Shown here: positions 1 through 8,958 of the stretch, one piece after another | Layout: every line of letters begins with the position of its first letter | How positions within the stretch are numbered: the first letter of the stretch is position 1 | Origin: Fibrobacteria bacterium | Lineage (GTDB): Bacteria > Fibrobacterota > Fibrobacteria > UBA5070 | NCBI GenBank assembly: GCA_035604215.1 | Contig: DATNIW010000104.1 | Location: forward strand, 1 to 60,261 | Direction of reading: 5' to 3' | DNA length: 60,261 bases | Program-made: the position numbers and the translations under genes | The notes under the pieces: generated by a model | What the model was told of the DNA's origin: nothing | The model's database searches: none | The model's input: the letters and a program-made list of their open reading frames with translations, nothing else

Positions 1-1
1 C

Positions 2-1732
2 ATCGCCACCGTGGTTTCGGTGCTCCTCACCCTGCTCATCATGCTGGGCGTCTTCCGGAGGGCGGGACCCATCCTCCTGGTGCTGGGACAGGCGATCGTC
101 TCTTGTGCGCTCACCATGGGCTTCGCGACGCTGGTCTACGGCCGGCTCAACCTCTACACCGTGTTCGTGATCGCCATCCTCTTCGGCATGGGCACGGACT
201 ACTCGTTCTACCTGGTCGGCCATGCGCAGCGGCAAGTCCGCACCGGGGCATCCTGGGAGGACGCCCTGGCGCGGTCCTTCCGCGACCTGTCGCCTTCGCT
301 CGGGCTGGCGTGGCTCACCACGGTGGCGGGGCTTCTCGTCCTTCTCCTGTCGAAGTTCCCGGGATTCCACGAATTCGGCGTGATCGCTTCCGTGGGGATC
401 ACGTCCAGCCTGGTCCTCACCTGGATCTTCCTTCCCGCGGCCGTGCTCCTCGCCGACCGGATCTCCCGGCATCCCGCCGCGCGTTGGCTCTCCCCGGATC
501 CCGCTTCCCCTTGGCGCGGATTCGCGATGCGACCATGGATGTCCGCCCTGCCGCGCGATCTCGCCATCGCGGCCACGATCGGCGCCGCCTGCGCGCTGCC
601 TTTCGCCTTCCGCATCGGCTTCGAATACGACTTCGCCCGCCTCCAGGAATCCCCGGACGGATCGCAGAAGACACTTCCCGTCCAGGAGGCGTTGGGCACC
701 AAGCTGACCTCCAGCCAGCCGGTCGTGGTGCTGGTCCGCGATCCCGCGACCTTGGACAGGATCCACGACACCCTTCTCCACCGCCTGGGAGTGGAACACG
801 ACACCCTGCTCGCCGGCTTCCTGACTCCGCGCTCCTTCCTGCCCAAGCCGGATCTGCAGGCGGCCAGGATTCCCCACCTTCGACGGATCGCCGAAATCCT
901 GGAGGACACCGTCTTCGACCGCGCCGCGGGAGCCGATTCGCAGGCCGTCGCCAACCTGCGCGACATGGCCAAGGCCGACACCTTCGGATGGACAGGACTG
1001 CCCGAATGGGCCCGGGACCTGCTGCGGGAACGGGACGGGAGCACGGGCCGGATCGGATTCGTCTACGACAGGATCACCAACTCCGACTCGCGCGACGCCG
1101 AGAGGTTCGAGCGCCGATACGGGCATTTCGGCGGGGTGGGGGACTCCACGACCTGCTTTTCCTCGAGCTTCGTGTACGCGGATCTCGTGCGGCTGGTGCG
1201 GGACGACAGCCTGCGCATGACGCGAGCGATGGTCCTGGTCCTCTGCCTCCTGATCGTCCTGGTCTTCCGCAGGTGGCGACCCGTCCTGGTCTGCCTTTCC
1301 GGCATGGCCGTCTCCCTGGCGTGGATCCTGGGCCTCATGGGCATGTTCGACATCCGGTTGAACGTCTTCAATCTCATCGTCATCACCACCTTGCAGGCCG
1401 CGCTGACGGATGTGGTGATCTACATGGTCCTGGCCTGGGAGCGTCAGGGTCGCGTGGGGATCGGGCAGCTCTATTCCGGAATCGGAACCTTGATGACCGT
1501 CGCGATCGGCACCACCATCTCCGGATTCGCCGGGATGCTCTTCACGAGCCATCCTGGAATCCGCAGCATCGGATCCTTCGCCGTGGTGGGTCTGGCCTGC
1601 TGCCTGGCGGCGAGCCTGGCCGTCGTTCCTTGGCTGTGTTCCCGGCTGTTGACTCCGCCCCCAGCTCCGGATCCGACTCCGTCCCCGCTCTCGCCCCCCC
1701 GCCCGCGGACCCTCCCCGAAAGCCCGGAATGA
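2..1732 (+). CDS. MMPL/RND-superfamily transporter (5'-truncated by window edge)
   Basis: Two hydrophobic TM bundles separated by a soluble domain; GMGTDYSF motif (MMPL GxGxDY); frame is open from base 2; stop overlaps next ATG (ATGA at 1729-1732). Confidence 0.85.
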   Translation: MATVVSVLLTLLIMLGVFRRAGPILLVLGQAIVSCALTMGFATLVYGRLNLYTVFVIAILFGMGTDYSFYLVGHAQRQVRTGASWEDALARSFRDLSPSLGLAWLTTVAGLLVLLLSKFPGFHEFGVIASVGITSSLVLTWIFLPAAVLLADRISRHPAARWLSPDPASPWRGFAMRPWMSALPRDLAIAATIGAACALPFAFRIGFEYDFARLQESPDGSQKTLPVQEALGTKLTSSQPVVVLVRDPATLDRIHDTLLHRLGVEHDTLLAGFLTPRSFLPKPDLQAARIPHLRRIAEILEDTVFDRAAGADSQAVANLRDMAKADTFGWTGLPEWARDLLRERDGSTGRIGFVYDRITNSDSRDAERFERRYGHFGGVGDSTTCFSSSFVYADLVRLVRDDSLRMTRAMVLVLCLLIVLVFRRWRPVLVCLSGMAVSLAWILGLMGMFDIRLNVFNLIVITTLQAALTDVVIYMVLAWERQGRVGIGQLYSGIGTLMTVAIGTTISGFAGMLFTSHPGIRSIGSFAVVGLACCLAASLAVVPWLCSRLLTPPPAPDPTPSPLSPPRPRTLPESPE

Positions 1733-2922
1733 AGATCGCCATCGTCACGGACCAGTATTGGCCTTGCGTCAGCGGAGTCAGCGTTTCCATCGATTCGTTC
1801 CGGTCGGAGATGGAATCGATGGGACACGAGGTCCACATCCTGGCTCCCGGATACGGGGAGGACGGTGCGGACGCGGACGGAGCGTTGGACGGCGTGCATC
1901 GGTTCCGGTCCAGGAAGGTCCTGTTCAACGACGAAAACCGCCTGGTTCGCCGGTCCGAGAGGAAGTCCGTGCACCGGCTCCTGGAAAGCCTTTCTCCGGA
2001 CATCGTCCATGTCCAGACCGAATTCACCCTGGCCTCCATGGCCGTTTCGTGGGCTCGACGGAAAAACATCCCGCTGGTCATCAGCGCCCACACCAACTGG
2101 GCCGACCTGATCCACATCTACCTGCCGATGATCCCCTACGGCATCGCGCAGCAGCTCTGCCACTGGAAGATGTTCCTCGCCTTCCGGCGTGCGGACGCCA
2201 TCGTGGTCCCCACCGCCCTGATGGACGCCCTGATCAGCTCCTACTGGATCCGCAAGCCGGTGCGGGTCATTCCCACCGGAATCCGCGACGACCATTTCGT
2301 CTTCCTGCCCCACGAACTGGAACCGATGCGGCGGTCGGTCCTGGATGCGCACCCCCAGCTCCGTGGAAGCCGGGTGATCCTCTACGTCGGAAGGCTTGGA
2401 ACCGAAAAGGACATCCCCTTCCTGTTCGAGGTCCTCGCGCGACTGCTTCCCGGGCACCCGGACCTGAAGCTGGTCGTGGTGGGAGAAGGACCTGCGCGCC
2501 GGGAGATCGAGGAGAAGGCGTCTTCGATGGGGATGGAGCCCAACGTGGTGATGGTGGGGTTCATTCCGCACGACAGGCTCAAGGCCTACTACGGCCTCGC
2601 GGAGGCGTTCGTCTTCGCCTCCAAGGTGGAAAGCCAGGGCCTGGTGGTCCTGGAAGCCATGCAGTGCGGTCTGCCGGTGGTGGCGATCGGCAAGATGGGC
2701 ACCCGCGAGGTGATGGGCGGCAGCAACGGCGGTTTCATGGTCGACGACGACCTGGACGAATTCACCGCGGCCGTGGCCTCGCTTCTGGACGACCCCGACC
2801 TGCGCGAGCAGAAGCGTCTGGAAGCCATGGCCCACGCCTCCAAGTGGACCATGCGCTCCCAGGGACAGAAAATGGAACGATTCTACCAGATCGTGTCCAG
2901 GTGGAAGGGGATCCGCGGCTGA
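1729..2922 (+). CDS. Glycosyltransferase family 4 (diacylglycerol glucosyltransferase-like)
   Basis: MKIAIVTDQYWPCVSGVSVS N-terminus, YVGRLGTEK, FVFASKVESQGLVVLEAM (GT-B E-x7-E); true start is ATG 1729, not 103. Confidence 0.9.
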   Translation: MKIAIVTDQYWPCVSGVSVSIDSFRSEMESMGHEVHILAPGYGEDGADADGALDGVHRFRSRKVLFNDENRLVRRSERKSVHRLLESLSPDIVHVQTEFTLASMAVSWARRKNIPLVISAHTNWADLIHIYLPMIPYGIAQQLCHWKMFLAFRRADAIVVPTALMDALISSYWIRKPVRVIPTGIRDDHFVFLPHELEPMRRSVLDAHPQLRGSRVILYVGRLGTEKDIPFLFEVLARLLPGHPDLKLVVVGEGPARREIEEKASSMGMEPNVVMVGFIPHDRLKAYYGLAEAFVFASKVESQGLVVLEAMQCGLPVVAIGKMGTREVMGGSNGGFMVDDDLDEFTAAVASLLDDPDLREQKRLEAMAHASKWTMRSQGQKMERFYQIVSRWKGIRG

Positions 2923-2929
2923 GGGCCGG

Positions 2930-3943
2930 TCAGCGCAGGTCGTCCCTGTCGATCCCGTGGATGCGGATGTCGTCGAGCCAGAGCTGGGACCCGCCCTGGA
3001 CGAGGAACGTGACGTAGTTGACGGAGTCCCTCACGCCGGTCCACCCGATGTTCCCGGAAAGGCCATCTCCGGAATCGAAATCGGCGGGGGCGAGGCTGAT
3101 CCGCTGCCAGGAGGTGTCGAGGACGTGGGAAGCCCAGGCGCGCTTGGGTTGGAGGCTGTCCAACTTGCCTTGCTGGATCAGGAGGAGCTGGAGGCTGTCC
3201 ATGTGCTCCAGGGAGACCCAGACGGTGCCGGACCCGCGGGCCCAGAACTCCAGGGAGTCCATGGAACGCAACGACCTGGGGGAGGATGCAAGCAGGGTGG
3301 CCGCCAGGAGCACGCGTCCGGTGTCGCATTGGCCCGTGGCGCAGACGAGCTCCAAGGCGTTCCCCGACCGACCCGAACCCGCAGCCGCGAGTCCGGACTG
3401 CGGAAGCGCGCCCCCGATGTACCAGAACGAGGAATCGGGCAGCCTGTTGTGCAGGGTGCTGCCTCCTTCGAAATCGTCCACCAGCACGGTGTTCAGGGAC
3501 AGGGCCTGGGAGTCCGCGATGCCGGCCCATACGGCGGACGGATCCGATCGACGGGAAAGCGGCTGGTTCCAGCGGAGGAGGAATCTCGCCCCCGGCACCA
3601 GAAGCGGACCGGAGATCCTGACGTCGAGCCTCCCGCGGGCCGCCACGCGGTCCCAGTCGACGATCTCGAACGGGATGGGGTTGCCCTGGTAGGTCTGCAC
3701 GTCGATGTCCCGTCCCGAATCGTCGGTGCGGGTGAAGTCGAAATTTCCGGCGTCGAACCGGAGCACGGCCACGGTGGGTCCCGGGAAGGTCAGGTCGCCG
3801 GAGTCCACGACGGAGTCCACCAGGATGGACCGCGCCGACACGGCGTTCTCGGTCTCCGTGGACGTCCCGGCGGACTGGTCCTCGAAACAGCCCGCGAGGA
3901 CGAGGAACGGCAGGATCGCCAGGAGTCGCGCGGTCCGCTTCAT
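2930..3943 (-). CDS. Lipoprotein with C-terminal CBM11-like/jelly-roll domain
   Basis: MKRTARLLAILPFLVLAGC lipobox, GTSTETEN linker; C-terminal DDFEGG...W..ISL...DF...LWLDDIRI resembles carbohydrate-binding beta-sandwiches; start overlaps stop of upstream gene. Confidence 0.7.
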   Translation of the reverse strand: MKRTARLLAILPFLVLAGCFEDQSAGTSTETENAVSARSILVDSVVDSGDLTFPGPTVAVLRFDAGNFDFTRTDDSGRDIDVQTYQGNPIPFEIVDWDRVAARGRLDVRISGPLLVPGARFLLRWNQPLSRRSDPSAVWAGIADSQALSLNTVLVDDFEGGSTLHNRLPDSSFWYIGGALPQSGLAAAGSGRSGNALELVCATGQCDTGRVLLAATLLASSPRSLRSMDSLEFWARGSGTVWVSLEHMDSLQLLLIQQGKLDSLQPKRAWASHVLDTSWQRISLAPADFDSGDGLSGNIGWTGVRDSVNYVTFLVQGGSQLWLDDIRIHGIDRDDLR

Positions 3944-4767
3944 CCGATCCTCCCGGGGATGGCCGCGGCGGGGAAGAAGGCCATGGCCAATTGCATCACC
4001 CTGTCCGGCGAACTCGAATCCTCCACCCGCTTCTGGATCTGGCGTCGGCATTCGCGGATCAGCTCCCGGATCTCCGCGAAGGCCCTCTCGTCCATGGACA
4101 GGGTGAGCGTGGACACGTCGCGCACCCCTGGGGGGAACCTTTCCAGCGACTCGGAGGCCAAGGACAGGATCTGGCGTTGAAAGCCGTGGACGGCCTTCGC
4201 CTTCGCCGGGCCTCCCGCGGTGAGGTGCGCCTCGGAGGGCAGCAGCCTGCCCGAACTCGCCTTCTTGACGAGCTTGAGCTCCTCGAGGAGATCCAGGGCG
4301 GCCCGGACCTCGTCCTCGTCGACCGGCGGGAAGAGCTGGGCGGCCAGTTCCTTGGGCACGGCCCTTCCCCGGTTGACGTCGAGCAGGGCTCGCACCGCGG
4401 CCACCCGCCAGTTGGCGAAGTAGTCCAATTCCCTGTTCTCCAGGGGTTTGCGCGAGACGTCGCGCAGGGCGAGGGCCTTTTCCAGGATCGCCCCGCGGGA
4501 CCTCGAGGACTTCTCGCGGGCGTAGGCGATGAGGAGCTGGAAATACTCGGCCGACCTTCCCGACAATCCGAGCACTTCGAGCGCGCGGCTCTGGCATCGC
4601 GCCGGCAGATGGGCCTCGCCGTGGAGGATGCGGAACACGTTGCTCGGAAACAGCCCGAACGATTCCGCCATCACCCGGTAGGAATAGAAGGCCGACTCGG
4701 ACTTGCGCTCCTCGTAGGCGTCCTTCAGGTAGGCTCTGTAGTCCAGGTAGTCGAAGATCGGTTTCAT
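3940..4767 (-). CDS. TIGR02147 family protein (Fibrobacter paralogous family, HTH + DUF4423)
   Basis: MKPIFDYLDYRAYLKDAYEERK...FSYR-like start, YF..W...AVR, R.VSTLTLS, QLAMAFFP end; 275 aa. Confidence 0.9.
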   Translation of the reverse strand: MKPIFDYLDYRAYLKDAYEERKSESAFYSYRVMAESFGLFPSNVFRILHGEAHLPARCQSRALEVLGLSGRSAEYFQLLIAYAREKSSRSRGAILEKALALRDVSRKPLENRELDYFANWRVAAVRALLDVNRGRAVPKELAAQLFPPVDEDEVRAALDLLEELKLVKKASSGRLLPSEAHLTAGGPAKAKAVHGFQRQILSLASESLERFPPGVRDVSTLTLSMDERAFAEIRELIRECRRQIQKRVEDSSSPDRVMQLAMAFFPAAAIPGRIG

Positions 4768-5076
4768 GGGTCCCGGCGGTGATCGTACCGCTTCCGCGGC
4801 TGGATTTCGGCCAACCTCGTCTATCCACCAAATCTCGCAATCCCACCGCTCCACCAGCCGATTTCCCGGAAGTCGAGGCGTTACAGTTTCGCCAACACCG
4901 TCCGGTCGGGATCGGCGGAAAGTCGAGCGGACGCGGCATACCTTCGGAGCACGACGGAGTTTCCGGTGGCGGCAAGGCGGGCCCTTCCGAACCGGAATCC
5001 TCCTCCCAGCCACCCTCACAGTATCCTGTTCCAAAGGCGATGCACGATGAGAAATCCAAACATGGGCGAGATTTCG

Positions 5077-6495
5077 ATGCGGAAGGCGGTCGCGGCCTCC
5101 GCGGTCCTGGTGGGTTGCATGATCGGCCAATCCTGGGGATGGAGCGCGTCCGGCACGGTGAAGAACATGTCCGGCACGGTCCTTTCGGGGGTCGCGGTGT
5201 CGGTGCAGGATTCCAGCGGGATCAGCGTCACGACTTCCGCCGCCGGCGTCTTCTCGATCGGATCCACCACCGGGCTGGTCGAGGATCCCACTTCGGGTTC
5301 TTCCTGGGGCGTTCGCGCATCGGCAGGCGGACTGGAGATCCAGTCCCCGATGGACGGAACGTTGCTTCTTTCCCTGGTCGACGGATCGGGCAGACAGCTG
5401 TGGACGGGTTCCGCGCGGGCCCAAAACGGCTCGGCGTTCGCCAACCTGCCCTCCGGGATGCGCAGCGGAGCCGCCATCCTGCGGGTCCGGCACCCGGGAG
5501 GGGAGTTCGATGCGGCGGTGACGACGGGACCCGAAGGTGCGCGGGTGGCATCGCACATCGCCGCCGCCAGGGCGCTGGCCGCGAATCCGGTGCTTCTGTT
5601 CTCGAAGGCCGGATACCGCGACACCTCCTACGCCATGACCATGGCCACGGCCACGAACCTGTCCATCACCATGGGCGACACGGGCACCGTCGCCATGACC
5701 TGTCCTTCCGCCAAGCTCGCCTCCGGCGACCAGACCAAGACCCTCACCGTGAAAGGCGTCGCACGGACCTACATCCTCCACGTCCCCTCCGCCTACACCG
5801 GCAGCAGCAGCGTACCCATGGTGGTGGACTTCCATCCGATCGGGGGCTCGGCGTCCGGGGAAGAGAGCGGTTCCCCCTTCAAGGCGCTGACGGATGCGGA
5901 AGGGGTGGTCACGGCCTACCCGAACGGTCTCGCCAGCCCCAACCTGGGCCAGGCTTGGAACGTGCAGGGCTGCTGCACCACCGCCGACGACACGGACTTC
6001 GCCAGGGCCGTGGTGGCCGACGTCGAGAAGGTCGCCTGCATCAACACCAAACGCGTCTACGCGGTGGGCTTCTCCATGGGTGGGGGAATGACCCACTTCT
6101 CCGCCTGCCACCTGACCGACATCTTCGCGGCGGCGTCGCCTGCGGCATTCGACCTCACCCAGCAGAACGAGACCGACTGCCAGCCTTCCAGGCCCATCAC
6201 CATGGTCGATTTCCGGAGCACGGGCGATCCCGTGGTCGCCTACGCGGGCGGGCACTCCGCGCTGGTCACAGGCATGGCCATCGACTTCCTGGGCGCGGTG
6301 GGCACGTTCCAGAAATGGGCGGCTCTAGACCAATGCACCGGATCGCCCTCTGCCGCCGATGCCAACGGCTGTTCCACCTACTCCACCTGCGCAGGCGGCG
6401 TCCAGGTGACCCTCTGCACCAAGCAGGGCGGAGGCCACGACTACGGCAACGCCACGGTGGCGTGGCCCATCCTCAAGATGTACACGCTGCCCTGA
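5077..6495 (+). CDS. Secreted esterase, PHB-depolymerase/feruloyl-esterase (CE1/LpqC-like) alpha/beta hydrolase with N-terminal beta domains
   Basis: Signal peptide MRKAVAASAVLVGCMIGQSWG; RTYILHVP, GFSMGG nucleophile elbow, GGGHD catalytic His; start at 5077 chosen over 5047/5062. Confidence 0.8.
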   Translation: MRKAVAASAVLVGCMIGQSWGWSASGTVKNMSGTVLSGVAVSVQDSSGISVTTSAAGVFSIGSTTGLVEDPTSGSSWGVRASAGGLEIQSPMDGTLLLSLVDGSGRQLWTGSARAQNGSAFANLPSGMRSGAAILRVRHPGGEFDAAVTTGPEGARVASHIAAARALAANPVLLFSKAGYRDTSYAMTMATATNLSITMGDTGTVAMTCPSAKLASGDQTKTLTVKGVARTYILHVPSAYTGSSSVPMVVDFHPIGGSASGEESGSPFKALTDAEGVVTAYPNGLASPNLGQAWNVQGCCTTADDTDFARAVVADVEKVACINTKRVYAVGFSMGGGMTHFSACHLTDIFAAASPAAFDLTQQNETDCQPSRPITMVDFRSTGDPVVAYAGGHSALVTGMAIDFLGAVGTFQKWAALDQCTGSPSAADANGCSTYSTCAGGVQVTLCTKQGGGHDYGNATVAWPILKMYTLP

Positions 6496-6504
6496 CCTGA
6501 CATC

Positions 6505-6541
6505 GGGCGTCCCTCCGCACCGGCGCGGAGGGACCCGTTTC
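6505..6541 (+). terminator. Intrinsic terminator-like hairpin after esterase
   Basis: GTCCCTCCGC-ACCGGC-GCGGAGGGAC (10-bp stem, 6509-6534) followed by CCGTTTC. Confidence 0.6.
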
Positions 6542-6781
6542 ATCCGGGGCGGAATGTTCCCGGTCTTCCACTTCCCCCCCTTTGGCTGCGCGAGTGCCAC
6601 CGCGGTTCTGGACAAGAATCCGGATGTGGTGCGTCGTGAAATTTGGCGTTTCGACCAAAACATGCTGCGCAATCGAGCGCCTTTTCCCTGATACCTCGGC
6701 TTAAACTGGAAACAGGGTCGGCATCCCAGGCGAACTGCGGATTCCGACCATTTGGCCACGTTTCTTCGAGGTGCGACCAGG

Positions 6782-8371
6782 ATGAAGGCGGAAAACATGA
6801 GAACTGCATCGCTTGCCAATGGTACGGGTACGATCGGGAGCGGAGAGAAAAGGAAGTCCGGGAAGGCCGGACAATCCGTGGTCGCGGCGATCATCGGTCT
6901 CGCTCTGATGCCCTTGATCGGTCGATCGATGGTGGCCGATGCCACCGACGTCACGGTCAACGCGAACTCCCTGCACCAGGTCATCGACGGCTTCGGAGCT
7001 TCCAGCGCCTGGTGCGGGACCATCCCGAGCGTGGTGATGAACTCGCTCTACGGCGACTTGGGATTCAGCATCCTGCGCGTCCGCATCGAGGAAGGGATCG
7101 GAGACGCCAACTGGCCGAGCGGACCGTACACGAGTTGGGCGCCGGAACTCGCCAATGCCCAAAGCGCCACGTCCCATGGCGCCATCGTCTTCGCGACCCC
7201 GTGGAATCCCCCGCCCGGTTTGCGGCTGACGGGAGGTGGTGGGGAATACTCGATCGACACCACCAAGTGGTCCAGCTACCGCGACTACCTGAACGCCTAC
7301 GTGAAGTACTTCAAGACCAACGGCGTGAATCTCTACGCCATCTCCATCCAGAACGAACCGGACTACTCCTCGAGCTGGACCTACTGGAGCCCCGCCGAGG
7401 TCCACAACTTCGCGCTCGAGTACGGCGCCTCCATCACCACCAAACTGATCTCCGGCGAGTCGTTCACCTTCAACAAGCCCTACTACGACCCGATCCTCAA
7501 CGACACCAAGGCGCTGGCCAACGTGGCCATCTTCGGCACCCACATCTACGGGACCTCGGTGGCGAACTACGCCTATCCCCTCTTCCAGCAGATCGGCGTT
7601 CCCGCCGGCAAGAAGCTCTGGATGACCGAGCACTACCTGAACAGCGACGACAACATCACCACCACCATCATGCCGGTCGCCAAGGAGATCCACGACTGGC
7701 TGGTCACGGGGAACGGGGACGCCTACATCTACTGGTGGATCACCTACGGAAACGGCTTGGCCACGTCTTCCGGGACCATCTACAAGCGTGCGTACGTGAT
7801 CAGCCAGTTCGCGAAGTACATCCGCCCGGGCTACCACCGGGTGGACGCCACGGCGAACCCGGCGACCAACGTCTACGTGAGCGCCTACACCGGCTCCGAC
7901 TCCATGGTGATCGTGGCCATCAACACCGGCACCAGCGCGGCGAGCCAGACCTTCACCCTCCAGAACGCCTCCGTTTCCCAGTTCTCCTCGTGGAACACCA
8001 CCGCGAACACCAACATGGCCGCCGGATCCGCCGCCATGGTCTCCGGGGGCTCGTTCACGGCGAGCCTGCCCGCCCAGAGCATCACCACCTTCGTGGGCAA
8101 GAACACGTCGGCCTCCGTCGAATCGCGGTCGGTGGCCGCCACGTCCGCCAAGGAATTCAAGGCCAAGATCTCGGCCGGCAACCTGGTGATCACCCCGATG
8201 GACAACGACAAGACGTACGACGCGACGGTGTATGGGCTGAACGGACAGCAGGCGGTGACCAGGAACGGCAACAGGGGCGTCGTGGACATTCCCGTGAACG
8301 CCAAGGGCGTGTACGTGGTGGACATCGAGTCCGATGGCCGTGTCCAACGGGAACTCGTGCCGACATTCTAG
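6782..8371 (+). CDS. GH30 (subfamily 8-like) glucuronoxylanase with C-terminal T9SS-CTD-like domain
   Basis: IDGFGAS, SIQNEPDY (acid/base Glu), LWMTEHY (nucleophile Glu), YRVDATANP; tail VYGLNGQ...KGVYVV; start uncertain (6782/6797). Confidence 0.85.
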   Translation: MKAENMRTASLANGTGTIGSGEKRKSGKAGQSVVAAIIGLALMPLIGRSMVADATDVTVNANSLHQVIDGFGASSAWCGTIPSVVMNSLYGDLGFSILRVRIEEGIGDANWPSGPYTSWAPELANAQSATSHGAIVFATPWNPPPGLRLTGGGGEYSIDTTKWSSYRDYLNAYVKYFKTNGVNLYAISIQNEPDYSSSWTYWSPAEVHNFALEYGASITTKLISGESFTFNKPYYDPILNDTKALANVAIFGTHIYGTSVANYAYPLFQQIGVPAGKKLWMTEHYLNSDDNITTTIMPVAKEIHDWLVTGNGDAYIYWWITYGNGLATSSGTIYKRAYVISQFAKYIRPGYHRVDATANPATNVYVSAYTGSDSMVIVAINTGTSAASQTFTLQNASVSQFSSWNTTANTNMAAGSAAMVSGGSFTASLPAQSITTFVGKNTSASVESRSVAATSAKEFKAKISAGNLVITPMDNDKTYDATVYGLNGQQAVTRNGNRGVVDIPVNAKGVYVVDIESDGRVQRELVPTF

Positions 8372-8393
8372 GGGCCGCGCGGTTTCCGAACCG

Positions 8394-8420
8394 GGGATCG
8401 ACGCTCCCAGGGGCGATCTC
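8394..8420. terminator. Hairpin between convergent genes (possible bidirectional terminator)
   Basis: GGGGATCG...CGATCTCC arms between GH30 stop and convergent ORF stop; no U-tract. Confidence 0.35.
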
Positions 8421-8423
8421 CGG

Positions 8424-8933
8424 CTACGGGGCCTGGCGCCGATAGTCCAGCAGGTAGGTCAGCGGGACAGGGAGATGGGGTGAGTTGACCGTGACCACGA
8501 GCCGAAGTTCGGTTCCGTCGTCGCTCCAGCGGTACTCGTCCCTGCCTTGTCCATCCTTGCCCTTGATGACGAGCGTCAGTCGGCCGTTTCCGCGCTCGCA
8601 GGAGAGCCGGTAGACCCTCCCGCCGCGATCCGCCCAATTCGATTCCTTTCCGTCGTTCCGGCAGGTCGCCTCCGGATCCGTGCCCTGCGAGATCGCCAGG
8701 CCGTCGATCCGGGAGACGATGGAAAGCGTTTCCGCGGGGACATTGTCCTTCTCCAGGAGAGGACGCGCGATCACCCGTTTGATGATGCCCATGCGGGAAA
8801 CGCAGGAGTCGATGGCCGCGACCACGTTCGAGCTCCTGGAGCGATCCAGGGAATACCCCCCGACGAAGGTCGAATCCCCCGCCTCGGCCAGATGGGCGAG
8901 GGCCGCGAGAGCCAAGATCGAAGCCGTCCGCAT
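8424..8933 (-). CDS. Hypothetical secreted protein, possibly lipocalin-like beta-barrel
   Basis: Signal peptide MRTASILALAALAHLAEA; GGYSLDRSRS start and alternating beta-strand pattern; lies directly downstream of dnaE. Confidence 0.6.
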   Translation of the reverse strand: MRTASILALAALAHLAEAGDSTFVGGYSLDRSRSSNVVAAIDSCVSRMGIIKRVIARPLLEKDNVPAETLSIVSRIDGLAISQGTDPEATCRNDGKESNWADRGGRVYRLSCERGNGRLTLVIKGKDGQGRDEYRWSDDGTELRLVVTVNSPHLPVPLTYLLDYRRQAP

Positions 8934-8958
8934 TCCCGTCGAGCGTCCGTTCACCCGT

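Noticed and set aside
103-1728. Long N-terminal extensions in the ORF track (e.g. GT4 from 103, lipoprotein from 5059, mnmG from 35024, DUF3392 from 52678, mqnD from 30834)
   Set aside because: Arg/Pro-rich out-of-frame read-through of neighbouring genes; true starts are supported by overlaps, RBS or -10 boxes and by domain starts.
4768-6781. LacI-type operators or riboswitch in the intergenic regions of the xylan cluster (e.g. GGCG-N9-CGCC near 4877, TTGG-N8-CCAA near 6646)
   Set aside because: Arms are too short, the two sites are dissimilar, and there is no recognisable riboswitch consensus.
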